Assembly (NCBI GenBank): GCA_903813345.2 | Contig: CAIIXF020000001.1 | Location: 46,562,001-46,626,000, forward strand | DNA from: Owenia fusiformis | Taxonomy: Eukaryota | Direction of reading: 5' to 3' | DNA: 64,000 nt | Shown: in pieces, positions 27,601 through 42,600 of the stretch | Numbering within the stretch: the stretch's first letter is position 1 | Layout: each line of letters opens with the position of its first letter | The notes under the pieces: model-generated | Seen by the model: the letters and a program-made list of their open reading frames with translations, nothing else | Database searches by the model: none | Told to the model about the DNA's origin: nothing | Position numbers and translations under genes: made by a program

Positions 27601-30600
27601 CAGTCATGTTGTATTCTAACTCATCAATGGCTTCCATCAATTCAGAAGTACATCCCTCATCACAAGCTGGAACAGAAATACTAACTCATATACATAAATC
27701 TTTACAGAAATTGTTAGTTATCTGAAAACTGCACATCATTTATACCGGTATCTACATTTTGTGTATGTGAGAATACAATGAATGCCTGTCTTTACTAAAT
27801 TCTACTTTGATGAAAACCCATATAATTTTCAATTGTTGCAAAAATAAATATGGGGTGGAAAATAAGAAAACGTTCTAAGAAATTCTCTAAGCTTCTACAA
27901 AAGTCAAAGGTTGTAAGAAGAGCCATAGTAACGACATTATCTTTAGGTGGCTGCCTTTGGGTGCTATAAAAGCAATAATTCATGACATCTGAAAATCTGC
28001 ACATTATTCTAAAGTGATGTTCATAAGATTGTTGATTTCAAGACTATAAAGGTAACATTGCTGTGTTTCTAGCATTGCTGTGTTCGTGGGATCAGAAAAA
28101 TGAAAAGATTCATGAAATTCTATAGACTATTCATGATTATTTATTCCAAACATAAATATAATAGCTCAGGAAAATTCCTTACAAACACATGCTCCTTCAT
28201 CAACTGCATATCTTTCTTCACACTCGTCACATGCTCGTCCCAGCACTCCTTCAAAGCACTCGCACTGTCCCGTGACATTATCACACATTCCACTGAACGA
28301 GCCCTCTGGGTTACACAGACAGGGTATGCAGGAGCCACCCACAGTGGTGGGGTCACCATAGTAATCATCAGCACAACGTTCACACTTGTCACCTGTATAA
28401 CCCTCAGGGCAGGCATTACACACATAATCTGTACCAGCTTCGTTAAGTTCACACGTCGGACTGAAGCTGCAACAATAACACAGTTATAGCTGTAACACAT
28501 AATAGTGTTAAAGATGCAACAAATACAACAATTATAAATACTTATTTCAATATTGAAATACTGATTAGCAGTATTCAAAATATTTAATTGATTCCAAAAT
28601 TACAATTATTTTCACAATTAGTTACAAAATTACAATTAATTTCAAAAATAGCTACAAAATTACAATTAATTTCAAAAATAGCCACAAAATTACAATTAAT
28701 TTCAAAATAGCTACAAAATTACAATTAATTTCAAAAATAGCTACAAAATTACAATAAGTTTCTTTGCAGTACACAATCCATAACTTGTCAGGTAGGTTTC
28801 ATCAACAAGCATAGAAAGTAGAAACTAATCATATTTGTGAGACTTTCTGAAATTAACTTACTTGTTACTTGAGTCAAAGAGAGGACAGGCACATGGTTTA
28901 CAAGAATCATTGCGCCCCGAAGATGTGTCACCATAGTAACCATCTATACACTTCTCACAATGGTCGCCTGAGGTCAGGTGTTGGCAATCCTACAATCAAT
29001 ACAACTTTAAGATTAAAATTCTAAATGTGAGTCTTCTATGTAGTAAAGGTTGACAGAGCTTATTGGTAGCAAAGTCTATTTATACAAGATAATTTACATT
29101 TAAAATATCACGAAAGCTTTGAGAAACATCTATAATTGTTAAAATCTATCAGAATTGAGGATTCAGGGTAAATGCATGAGACATGTTTGAATGACTTACA
29201 TAGCAGACTCCTGTCTCTTTATCACACAGCTTGCTGTGGCCATTACACTGACACTTTTCACTAGAGCCAATCAGATCTTCAGGTGCTGTGGCGTTATCTG
29301 AAGGCTTGCGGAAATAGCCATCAGCTGGATCCTGTAATGTCAAATTTCGATTTATTAAATATATACATTCTCCTGAATATACTGTAGGTATGATGGATAA
29401 TTAGTATCGGTATTTACACCAGCTTCACATAAAAAATTTATACATTTTTTACCTCTATTCAACTTTAGGGAATAAATATTTACCATAGCATCAAGTCAAA
29501 GAATCAGGAAGAAATAAAGAAAGCTAGTAACAACATTCAAGTGATAGACTATCATTTCTTTATTTATATTTTGTAAAAGGACATGTTTTTGTCTTACCTG
29601 ACAGGAGAGTCCAGTGTATTCTGGGGGACAGGTGCACATCTCAACCCCTAGAGCATTAGGGGTACCATTGGTTGCCATGGCAACATCCAGAGATATATCA
29701 CGGATCCTGTGAAAATTACAATATAATGCAAATGAACATCTGTCAGTAGAACATTTCTTAGCAGAACACCATTTTAAGGCATCAAATGTATTCCATTCAA
29801 CAGGTTCACTATGGTAGCATTAGACAATTTATGCACAATACAAAATGGTGAATAGTTTTAAGCACTATGCTCAAATCATTTACTTACTCAGCTGAGAGGA
29901 CAGGTGGTGCTTCAGTAGCTCGAACAAGTATTGCCTGGACATTCTGAAGGGCAGCCATCAGTGTGGCCCTGCTTACTGGTACCCTTTTTACAGAGTATGT
30001 ACCATTTGTAAACCACTGGTCCTGAAATAGCGACAAAATAGTATTGATATTCTTGGAACTACTAAATGATTTGATGTGGCAATAGTTGACATTCCTGGTA
30101 TAATTTTGAATGTAATCTTTAGCAAAAAACATCCATAGTTTCATTGATATTACATATAAATGAACAGCTCTTTTGTTGCAAATAAAAGAAGTTCAATATC
30201 ATCTGATGATAGCATCGCAGCTTATTTTTTGTTCCTTGATGTTTTCCTTCTCAATTTATAATTAATTCCCTGATGAGAGCATCACAATAGTCTTTGTTCA
30301 TTAGAAAATATGTTAACCAACCTTAACCTTATACAAACCATTTTTACATTAACAAGCCTTATAAAGCCAACAGGTTAGATAAAACATTTGCCCCTTCCAT
30401 TTGCTATTTTATATATAACATAAACAGGCCTTTCCAATGAACCCTACCACATTTTGCAACACCAATGAAACTAGATACAGTGGCCAGATTCGTGATGTTA
30501 TAGGTCATATATATGTTTTCAATGTTTTCAATCACAATGCTAACAAGCATTTCCAAATCAGCAAATAATTATTTTTTAGTTCTGAAAACATAGGTATAAC

Positions 30601-33600
30601 CTATGACACGATTGTGGCCAAGTTGACCTGGTTTCCTGGTGTCGAAAAGGGAACAAAGTTTATTTGAAAGGTCTTTTACATTCGACTCTCTCTTAAAGTA
30701 TTAAAGTACTTAGGTGGGTCAGTCAGAATAGGTAGTCTGTTGATTAACTTTGGCCTGTCACAGAAACTAAGCCAAACTTTGGAACACACAAGTATATTTG
30801 TATGTTGGTTGATAAGTTATTGTTATTTTACCCACCCATAACCAATCGTTACATTATGACATCATTACAGTACGACATCATTATATTATGATAACATGAA
30901 GCAATATAATATACCCGTAGATGAAGCCAATATATTATATTAGGTAGGATCTTAATTTTAGATCAAGCACATCAAAAGATATTAGGACGTTATGTGCATG
31001 TACTTCTTGTAGTTCATAATAATGTACATTTCATATAATTCATAATACACATTATTAAGGCAAACAAGAGTTTTCGCAGTGCATAAACTGATGAAATGTG
31101 TATTATAAAAAACTGCCATTTGATTGGTTTATAGAAAACTATGATGTCAATGCCATTTTTTTTATTAATCATTTTTATTTCAAGTTCATATATTATATAT
31201 AACATTTAATAATGAAAATTCACAGCCATTATAAAGGCTATTTTATATGTGTATCATTACTCAAGATTCCAAAATCTATATTATTCAAGTATATCTCAAG
31301 TCATTTTTATGTTATCAGGTCATCTGGTCATGGACTGCGAAAACACTGTTAAATAACAATAAATAACAACAACAATGGTTATGACAACATGTATCCCTGC
31401 ACTATTAGTCAGTGCTATATTCTGCCTGTTCACTCACCCACACTTGTGTATCATTACGCTCAATCCAAGAGTCCTAAAATAATGGTTTTTATAGCAACTC
31501 AATTCACCTTTTCTAATTCATTAACCTGTGCACTATAACCATCTTATTCATGCATGTACAGGTACCATATATTTAAACATGCCATATTCTGTTTTTTGTT
31601 ATTTTTCTGTAATGGTATTGCATCTAGTACAGCTCCCATGTGAATAGTTTATATCATCTATTTAAGAGATGATGCACTTATATTACACTTATTATTCCTA
31701 TGGAAATGAAATAACATGAAATCAAAATAATTGTCCTTTGCTCCATTAAAATCACCCTTTGCATCAGGATCATCTTTGTCAATAATATATTACATGTACA
31801 GTACCAACAAAACCTTCTCGAGCCTATCTGTTGAAAACATACTATTAAGTGTTCTCTGATTGGTTGAGCACCAAGCTCTAAAATGATCAGTCTTAGTTAG
31901 AGTACAGTGTACATTGAGTATTGAGGGTAATAATGGATCGATTAGAAAATATTCTTACCTCATGTAAGGGCACCTCAAATGTGATATCAGCATCAGGTGC
32001 CAGGGTGTTATTGATATAATACTCCAAGTAGATGCGGTTATTACCCACCAGCTGGACCAATGGGAAAATGGACTGAACGGTATCATTAATACCCGGCAGA
32101 TTAGAGTAACGAATAGTGAACCTCAGTTTACCATTGTAGGATATGATCTGTAAATCAATGTCATTTAGTTTTATATAGCGACATTGTATCCCAATATACC
32201 TGTATATGCCATTTCAAAGTATCACCAATACATTTCTCCCAAATGGAAACCTATGGCCTGGTCATGATTTCAGCATGCTTAATTTACATGCTATTCATTA
32301 TTATTTCAAACATGTCATAATCTTATATCTTACAAATCTCAAAACCCCAATAGTCCATATTCTTTTCAAATATGTTTATTGCAAATTATTAAAATTGTTA
32401 CCAACCCATCTTACATTTTTATCCACAAATAACATTACTTTTTCAATTGAGAATTACTTGAAATACAGTTAAGTTTAAGTTGTCCTCCCCTTAGACCTAA
32501 CTCAACAAATTCATATTTACCTTATCTCCAAGTAACTGCTGAGGCAGGCTCCAATACACAGGCTTCATCCCTCCACCCACAGACTCTATTCTCACACTCT
32601 TAGTGCCTGGGTTAACCACAGGTAGTCCTGGGCCAGGGCGCAGAATGATCACAGACTCTGCATCTTCATTATGGGTGATCCCCTGACCTGGGGCTTCAAC
32701 CTGGAATCATGAATTAACAGTTAAGATCAGGAAAGGTCTGTTTCTGGTTGGTCATCAGGCTTCCAAATCTAGACATGTATCCACCAAGTTATCTTTTTTG
32801 TCTAAAAATTGAAAAAAATAATGGTAACAATGATGCGTCCGTTTAAATGAGATATTTTGACAGCAAAAAGGTATTGTCTCCAAAATGTAGAAGCTGAGAC
32901 CAATAGTGTAAATTACCAGCATTAAGCCCCATAAAATGGATTTGAGTATCATTAAGAAAATAGGCAATTTTTTTCATGTGGAATTTATGATGGATGGTTG
33001 GTTGGATGTATGGATGGTTGATTGGATGGGTGGTTGGATGCATGGACAGACAGGCAGAGAGACAGATGGATGGACATCTTATTTCTAAAAGTGTATCCAA
33101 GCTGTGAAAACTGTTTTTGTTATTGAACATGCTGATGCATTAAGTATGATAGTTCCCTACCTGTACCCAACTATAAGGAGCTTGACTGCAGATGTTGGAC
33201 TTGCCAAAGCAGAAACAGGCCATACATCCTTCAGGATTGTTGGCAGCAATGTTATAATAGCCTTCCTTACAATGGCCACATTTCTTCCCCTCTGTATTAG
33301 CCTGCAGAATACAATAATGTACATAATATAATTCAACATTTTATCTAAATATTTCAAATAAATTGCAGCTGAAGTACAAGATAAATGTACAGCAGTATAT
33401 GCATTTCTCATAGAACACCAGAATTCACTGTATTCCACAAAAATTTATCTATCCTGGGTGCAATATGTGTTTAATACCAAAACATTTCATTAGGATTTCA
33501 TTAGAGTTCAACTCTCAACTGTCTGGATCATTAAACTGGATTTGAACCTACTGTCTATTATTTTTCAATAACATGGTTAAGCAAATATAATCTTAACATC

Positions 33601-36600
33601 CAACAGGTAATATCCAAATACTCAACTGAGTTCAGCTAGTTTTTAGATTTGGGAAATCCATGGCTATACCTTCCATGTACAAAGCCCCAAATCCATGTAC
33701 ATACCTTACAAGTACAAATGCCCAAATCCATGTTCATACCTTACAAGTACAAAGGCCCAAATCCATGTACATACCTTACAAGTACAAAGACCCAAATCCT
33801 GGCTACACCCACAATGGCCCTGTTCATCACACGTCCTTGGATCAGTCCCAGCCTCATTACAATGACATGGTTTACATTCTGGGAAATTAAAGTGGCCAAA
33901 CTTGCATTCATCACACTTGTCTCCACTGAATCGTTTATTGCATTCACACTTCCCTGTGAGTAAGTCACAATCATTGCTGGTTGAGCCAGTTGGGTCACAG
34001 TTACAAGGCTGCAATGTAAATTCATGAATCTCAATTTCCCTATTGTCTTATTTTAGTGGCTGTGTAAATCAATGTACAACATCAATTAAATATATATGAA
34101 GTTTCATTGCACTGATTTTTCTATACAATTATATGCACTTTTGTTTCTATATTGCAGGGGTTTCACTAGCAGCAGGCAACAGCCGATTTTCACCGATGTT
34201 TTCACAAAATCGCCTGTTGTTTTGAGGGACTTTTCAACTTTTCCATGTTAAATATGATTTCCATTAATTTTGCCTGTTGTTTTCATTTATTTAGCCTGTT
34301 GTGAGAAATACCAGTGAAGCATCACAGGACTCACCTTGCATCCATCAATTGGGTCATGACCCCAGGCCCCTAAATCACAGTCCTCACACATATCTCCTAT
34401 GGTGTAAGGGGGACACACACATTCGCCAGTCTCAGGATCACATACTTGCCCAGGGGCAAGACACACTGGACATTCTTCAAATAAACAAGCAAATTATAAA
34501 GATGAAACAGTCTGAATCTCATGTATCGTGGTGAGACAAAAGTGCAGGCTCAAGAGTCAATTAACTTTCCAATAAATCCCAAGCCCTTTCAGTGAACGAG
34601 AGAAACTAGTAAGGGTATTATGGCTCCATTTGTGATGACACACATACACTAATGTTTGTAATCTAAAATTGTAAAATATTTCTCCAGTCATGATAGAACC
34701 TGAAATTTAAGTAGATCTATTATGTAAATCAAGGCATGAACATACGAAATGTCACCACCTGCCATTTGTTGCAGACACTGATTGCCCAACGCTGTTACAG
34801 ACACAGAACACCATCCACAAAAAAGTTGAGGACTATAACCAGAAATGATGACATAATAAATTCATCTATGAAATTTTACCTTCACATCCATTTTCACTTA
34901 GTCCAAAGTAGCCATTGGCGCAACGATCGCACTGTCTGCCTGTGACACCTGGTTTACACTGACACTGGCCTGTAGTGTCATTACACTGTTGTGTCATTGA
35001 TCCCACTGGGTCACACATACATGCCTCACAACCTTGACCCTGTTCTATACCATAATGGTTCACCTGGAGGGTAAAGAAATTGCCATTATAAATAATAATA
35101 ATTCAAAATCCATAAAATCAAACCCTCTACTAGATGTAAAAATTACACCAAAGCCTCACTAACAGTAGATCCACAAAATTGATAGAGAAAATATAAATTG
35201 TATATTGGGAAGATACAGCCGCCGTACAGTTGCTGTAAATCAAATGTGACTGAGTCATTAGTAATTTCAATGAGTCATGTACATTATCGGCTCACCTTAC
35301 AAGTGTCACACATGGCTCCCTCAACATTAGGCAAACATTCACATTGTCCTGTTATGACATCACAATTGCTATTGTTTGTGCCTTGAGCATAACAGTTACA
35401 ACCTGAAAGGTAAGAGAACATTGTCCTGATCTAGATACTGACAAATGTGCTGCATAAACAGCATAGAAATGTCAAGGAAATGAGAGGCCTGTGCTTTTAT
35501 CATTAGTGCTTGAACATGTTTGTTAGAAGATTTTAAACAGTAAGCAGGATACAGCTTTACATTTCATCATAATAATGCCTCAAGACCTCCATTTCTTACG
35601 CTTCAAGATAATTCTAACATCCAAACCCTCATATAAGATAACCCTTATTTTACTTACTCTCACAGCCAGCCTCGGTGAATCCAAAATATCCTGTTTGGCA
35701 CTCCTCACATTTCATTCCATTCACCCCATGTTTGCAAGGACATTGACCAGAGACAGGGTCACAAAGGTCAGATGTTGACCCCATCTTGCTACACTCGCAT
35801 GCCAGGCAGCCCTCCTCAACATTACCAAAGCCATCCTATAATATACAACGGTGTCTAATGTGAATATCTCAGCCATGATCATTACAAAATCAAACAAGGC
35901 ATTAACAAGCAATATGTCACCACCTGCCATTTGTTACAGATAATGACTGCTACACACCAACACCAATTGCCATCCAGAAAAAGAGTTGGAATCTATAACA
36001 ATATGTCACCACTTATGGTTGTGACAAAATTACAATATGATTTTGCGATATCTGGTGATCAACTAATAATAAGGGAGACTACATTAAAAGTCGTGGGTAT
36101 AGTCAATTAATCTTCTCATCAATTATGTTCTCACCTCACATCTTCCGCAGTCTCTGCCAGTAAAGAGAGGTTTACATGTACACTGTCCATCCTCAATGTC
36201 ACATACACTGTCCGTAGAGCCATGGGGATTACAAGCACACTCTGAATTGAAATGAAATCTATGTCATACTAAAATTAATATGCAACTCTCTCTTCAAAAT
36301 TCACTGATGTTTTCCAGATACATTTAATTATTTCCTGATATTTCAGACCCTTTAGGGCCAATGGTCAAAATTTCTCGATGTTTCTGAGTGCTGAAAAAAT
36401 AATTCAATTTCCTGACAAGTTGAAGTCTTTAAGAAACCATAAAGAAAGACAGTTACATTTTAAATATATACTATACATATCTCAAACAGATAGACAGTAA
36501 CTTTAAATGGCTTTTTCAAAACACATCAGGTAGTTCCTACACTCACCTGTACAATTCAATCCATATGCTGTTCCAAAATATCCAGCCACACATTTCTCAC

Positions 36601-39600
36601 AATGGAATCCTTCTGTGTTGCCTATACACTTGAGACACTGGCCACTTTCACGATCACAGTTCCCGACAGCGTGGAGGTCGACGTTTCCGCTGCACTCGCA
36701 AGGACGACAAAAGTCACCAATAACTAATGGATCTCCAAAATAGCCATCAGCACACCTGCATAGAGAAATGTCAATGAGATTGTGTTATGGAAACATTTGC
36801 ACATTTGCTCTTGCATCGGTATAAATTTCAAGTTGAATGGATAAATAATTTTCCTATAATAATATAATGTCCATTTTAAAAAATATGTGTAACCAATTTA
36901 AAAAAAAAGTTCAATTGGTGATGATCAAATCCAAACTGAATTAGGATTGTGTCACACCTTACAAGCGTGCATTTAACTTACTGTTCACAGTGTGGACCAG
37001 CATAGGCATCGGGGCAATCAATACATGTATACGAATCACCATCACCAGCTGCAGGGCCCACATTCAGCACACAAACTTCAGCAAAATTGTTGGACTGTTC
37101 GAAGAGAGGGCAAGCACACGGAAGGCAGTCATCATTACCACCTCTGGTAGGGTCTCCATAGAAGCCTAAGGCACACTCATCACAATGTTTGCCAGTAGTA
37201 TGGTCAGCGCAGTCCTGAAAAATGCATACAATTTGGCTCTGTGACCATTGTGTTGTTACTTATAATCATGTTTTTTCATTGTATTATTTTATTTGTTTAA
37301 ACTTTAAGTAGTAGTAGTGCTGAGGGGGGGGGGGGGTTGGCTGATTTATGTAAACTTCCTACCATAATGAACAATTTTATGTTACTACAAATTCCAATTG
37401 TAGCAGCAATAACCATGCAATAATCAAGAACAAGGCATTAACATGACAAAATGTCACCACCTAGTTGCTCACAATATTATGAGTTCAAACTTAAGTCAGA
37501 TTTGAATTTCTGAGAACTTGTAAAGTCAAATTTGAACTTCTGAAAAGATGTAGATGATTTTGAAAAAAGAATTTGGTCAATTTGAAGCAAGTTGAAAACA
37601 GACCTTTTTGACCTTTTTTGACCTTGAGAAGGTCATTAAAGGTCAAATGTCAAATCTAAAGTCAGATTTGAATTTCTGAGAACATGTAGATGATTTTGAA
37701 AAAAAAAATTTAGTCAATTTGAAGCAAGTTGAAAAAAGACCTTTTTGACCTTTTTGACTTTGAGAAGGTCATTGAAGGTCAAATGTCAAATCTTAAGTCA
37801 AATCTAAAGTCAGATTTGAATTTCTGAGAACACGTAGATGATTTTGAAAAAAAATTTTAGTCAATTTGAAGCAAGTTGAAAACAGACCTTTTTGACCTTT
37901 TTGACCTTGAGAAGGTCATTAAAGGTAAAATGTCAAATCTAAAGTCAGATTTGAATTTCTGAGAACATGTAGATGATTTTGAAAAATTTTTTTAGTCAAT
38001 TTGAAGCAAGTTGAAAACAGACCTTTTTGACCTTTTTTGACCTTGAGAAGGTCATTGAAGGTCAAATGTCAAATCTAAAGTCAGATTTGAAGGTCAAATG
38101 TCAAATCTAATGTCAGATTTGAATTTCTGAGAACATGTAGATGATTTTGAAAAAAAATTTAGTCAATGTGAAGCAAGTTGAAAAAAGACCTTTTTGACCT
38201 TGAGAAGGTCATTGAAGGTCAAATGTCAAATCTAAAGTCAGATTTGAACTTCTGAGAACATGTAGATGATTTAGAAAAAAATTGAAATCAGTCTAAACAG
38301 TATTTGTTAAGTTATAGGAAGTTGTAAGAAATTGTTACAGACGCCGGACGCCAACCGCCGGACGCCAACCGCCGGACGCCAACCGCCGGACGCCAACCGC
38401 CGGACGCCAACCGCCAGATGCCAACCGCCGGACGCCAACCAGCAACCGCCGGACACCAACCACCAACCGCCGTCGCAAAAAAACGGAGACCATAACAATA
38501 TGTCACCACTTTTGGTGGTGACATAAAAATCACACAAATGAAGTAGAGCTAAATAATCTACCAAAAATATGAGCTATGACTTCTAACTATCGAGAATGAT
38601 ATTATGATCATTTTAATCATTTAATTGTTATCTCTTGGTAGGAAGTTCAAAAACTGATGATTTGTTGCCTGGCAGGCATTTGTCCCTGGACTTTTAAGGA
38701 TTCAACGCCCCATTTGGCAGGCATTATAGAGTTGCAATATTGCATTCAATGTTCCAAGGTTAACCCTCATAAACTCTAGCATTCTTTAAGTACACACATG
38801 CATCAAAAATAGACAGATGGAAGCAATAAGAATAGAAAAAGGAGCAACAAAGGCATCATAAAACTCACTGAACATTCTCCAGAGTAGGCATCACAGCTCC
38901 TTGAGTGGTTGTTGCACATACATGGTTCACAGATTCCCTCAAATAGCCTGTTCTCAATCCTTCTGTAACCTTCAGCACAGCTCTACAATCATTTTAATGA
39001 AAAGTTTATATTACTGAACACCCTATCAACACTGTTCCACAGCTGGATGACTCTAACTGTAGTTAGCATCATTCAAGATGGTTTCCGAAATTCTTTCGTT
39101 TTCGACAAACCTCAGATTTCAGCTAAACTAAGCTGAATCTTGATTCCAAAGTTTCGGCATGCAAAGTCTAATAAAACTATGATTGTAAAAAAACAAATAA
39201 ATGCCCAAACACTCGCAATATTAGAGAATTTGAAAGAAAACGGCTTCACTTAATATGACTCTAACTGAAGTTGATGACAGCTTCAGTTATGGCCTAGTCA
39301 CATAGCCCGGCCGATGAGGTTACGATGAGCCAGCGATGCAATTTTCACCGAACTCGGCCGAACACCGGCCGGACACTGGCCGGACATCCGTGGCGTTTGT
39401 TGCTTAAAACCGCATCGGTGGTAGCTCGGTGAAATTTTAACTTCGGAGTTAAATTTCACCGGGCTCTCACCGAGCTCCCTCATCATGTCATCGCAGCCCC
39501 ATCGTAACCACATCGGAAAACACGTCGGCCGGTGCACGGCCGAGTATCGGCCGGTGTCCCGTGCATCTGAGACAACCAGAGGGCGAGGTTTTTTAATGGA

Positions 39601-42600
39601 CAGCGGCCGAGCTCCGACCGAGCTCCGGCCGATGTGGGACAGAGCATCGGCCGGTCACTGTTCAAAGCCCGTTAACAACCCGGCCGGCGATCGCACGGTG
39701 TCCTGTTACCTGCTCGGGTACCGGCCGTATTCCTTCCGATGTCCGGCCGACCTCCGGCCGGTAGTTGCTGCCACATCGGCAGAAAAAAACTACCATTTTG
39801 AGACAGACTCCGTACGGTCACCGGCCGGTGTTCGGTCGGTCGCCTGAAGATGTCTGGACGGAGTCCGTTCACGTCACCGAGCTCTGCTTCCGATGAGGAG
39901 AGCTCGGTGGCACCAAAAAAATCCACCGAGCTCTACCGATGTCGGACATCGGCCGGGCTATGTGACTAGGCCATTAGAGAGTCATTCTAAGTGAAGCTGT
40001 TTTCTCTATAATTCACCCATATCGCGGTTGTTAGAGCATGTATCAATGGTTGTGATCAACGTTGATTAAATTCATATGATGCAACGAGCTATTTGCAAAT
40101 ACCATTTTAAGTAATTCACTTCAATAATTTAAATAAAAAAAAATAAATGTACCACTTTTTAAATCTGAAGCTCAATTACATGTACTCAGATGATGTTCAT
40201 TCCATTCATATGAAGTCCACCTTGACTACCTACACAGCAAATTGATCTCATTTTAGCACCCAAGGATGAGATAAAACAGACGGACGGACGGACAGACCAA
40301 CGGACAGACGCCTGGTCGATCCCATAGGCTCAAAAAGGGAATATCTTATTATATAACATCTTACCTCACAAGAGTCTCCTACATATCCAGGTGGACATTC
40401 ACAAATCTCAGCTGAGGTCATCCTGTTAGAGTCATCTCCATCAATGGCCTCTCTGGTTGTGTCAAACTCAACGGACAATAGTCTAAATAAAACATATGGC
40501 ATATATGATCATACAATAAAATTATTACTAACTAGCTGTACAGTGTACATTGGGATTCCTTCCCTAAGTAGGGACAAATGTGTCATTTTTACAATTGTTA
40601 TTATGGTTGGGCAAAATATATCAAATTTTCATGTTTTTCTTTCTTAAGATGCCGGAGAGTATAGAATATTTTCAGAGACTTGAAGTAAGACAGGAACACT
40701 TCAAGAAGACCCACCTTGATTCAACTTGTGCTGTATGGTATGTGGCCAGGATTAACATCGCCCGAAGGTTGGTCAGTACACCCATAAAGTCTTCCTTGAG
40801 AACCCCTGACGTCCTGAATCCCGTTGACGGGTCAATGATCTGCCACTTGCTCTCAGTGAGATTTACCGTGTTTTCATGATCATGGTTTTCCACAAAGGAA
40901 CACCCTCCTGAACCGATCCATATGGATGAACCCTACATTTGAAATACACATTCATGCTGAAGCATTTGGGCAAGGCTTGGGATAATTGATTTCTTTACTT
41001 TTTCACCAGTACACTTTGTAATCTATACATGTGTAGTATATGTACACTAATCAGTGCAGGTAAAACACAGTGAAATCTGTACATATCAGAAATACAGACG
41101 TGATATTGTGAAGTCTGGTGTGTTATATTCAAGCATCCAAAAGCATGTTTTATGAGGACACATGTATAAATACAAATGTGTTAATTGCATGCATTAATAA
41201 GCATCATATTTGCAAATTAAAATCATCACAGCAACCAAAACCTTGTGATAACAATACTTTATCAATATTTAATCTTTTTGTTATTTTCTTTTAATCTGTT
41301 TGTTTATATATTTTTTACTTACCTTTCATTTTACTCATCTGAGATGCATTCCGTAAAATAAATATTTTGTGAATCAATTTCAATATGACGTGTCTAGGGC
41401 CACTTACATATTGTGCTCTGTGTGTGTCAAATATATCTTATCTTCTTTAATTGAATATATATCTATAGTTGATTGTTTTTATAATTTATTAAAATCCATA
41501 GTTCCCCAGCACTCATTTATGAAGTTTCAGTACTTTTTGGTACATGTTCAAAGTAGAATAAATATCATGATTATAAAAATAAACTTTGGAGTTGAAAATC
41601 TAAGATTGAATTTTAGTAACTGTTATATGAATAACCGAGTAGTGGGGAAGCTATGAAGCTATATGTTAGAGCCAACCAGGGCAATTTAAACCCACCTCAG
41701 CCCCTGGAGGAAATGGGCCACCCTCACCTCCACCACCCTGGCAAGAAACAATTGTAATTATGCACATGGTAACCATGGTAATTATATACACATATGATAG
41801 CAACCATTTCACTGCAACATAAGCCCTGCTTAATTCAACCATGATTTAGAACATCTAGAATTCTGTCAAGGGATTTTATAAAAAAAAAACTGCTTCGATA
41901 AATGTTTTTTTATATTGAACAGAATAGTATTGAAATTTACTCCATGGCAAAATATAATATGACGATCAGCATAGGATAACACTAAATAAGCAAATGGCAA
42001 ACTTGAAATAATTAGTTATACATGGTGAGCCCAAAAAGATTCAGTAGAACACCTCGACTTTATTGGCCCAACATGTACTTTTGATCTTAGCAGTGAATTG
42101 TGCTTTGCAGTTAAGCAGTGAAATGGTTGTGCAATTTAAAACTTAGGGATAATGTCCAAATGTATACAGCTGTAGAAGAATAAAGTTAATCTACAAGAGG
42201 AAAGGTTAACTGATGATTGGAGTACATCATAATGAAATCAATGTTTTCTTTCAACAACTGGCAACATTTGGACACCACCCCTTGTCACATTAAAGACATA
42301 TGACAAATATTCTACAGAAAAACAAATATGAATTAAGGTAGGAGTAGAACATTTGAATTAACACACAGGATAGATTTGTCATATGTCTATACAATGTTGA
42401 ATAATTATTAGAAGTAGGTCAGGTGACTCATAGATTGGGTAACCCTGTTATTAAGTCCCAGGTTTGGTATAACCCCCCCCCCCCAAGTTGGGTATTACCC
42501 CCCAAGTTGGCTATTACCTCCCAAGTTGGGTATTATCCCCAAGTTGGTTCTATGGATTTGATTATAGCAAGAACTTGTCTTGACTGAATGGCAATCAACT

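Noticed and set aside
30200..30300. Two CTGATGA motifs (hammerhead or C/D-box-like)
   Set aside because: Part of a short local duplication; no matching stems or GAAA core.
38307..38564. Repetitive ORFs ([14 protein letters not shown])
   Set aside because: Translation of the 14-bp minisatellite.
39298..39926. Overlapping ORFs of 60-120 aa in the GC-rich block
   Set aside because: By-product of high GC inside a MITE; no transposase motifs recognised.
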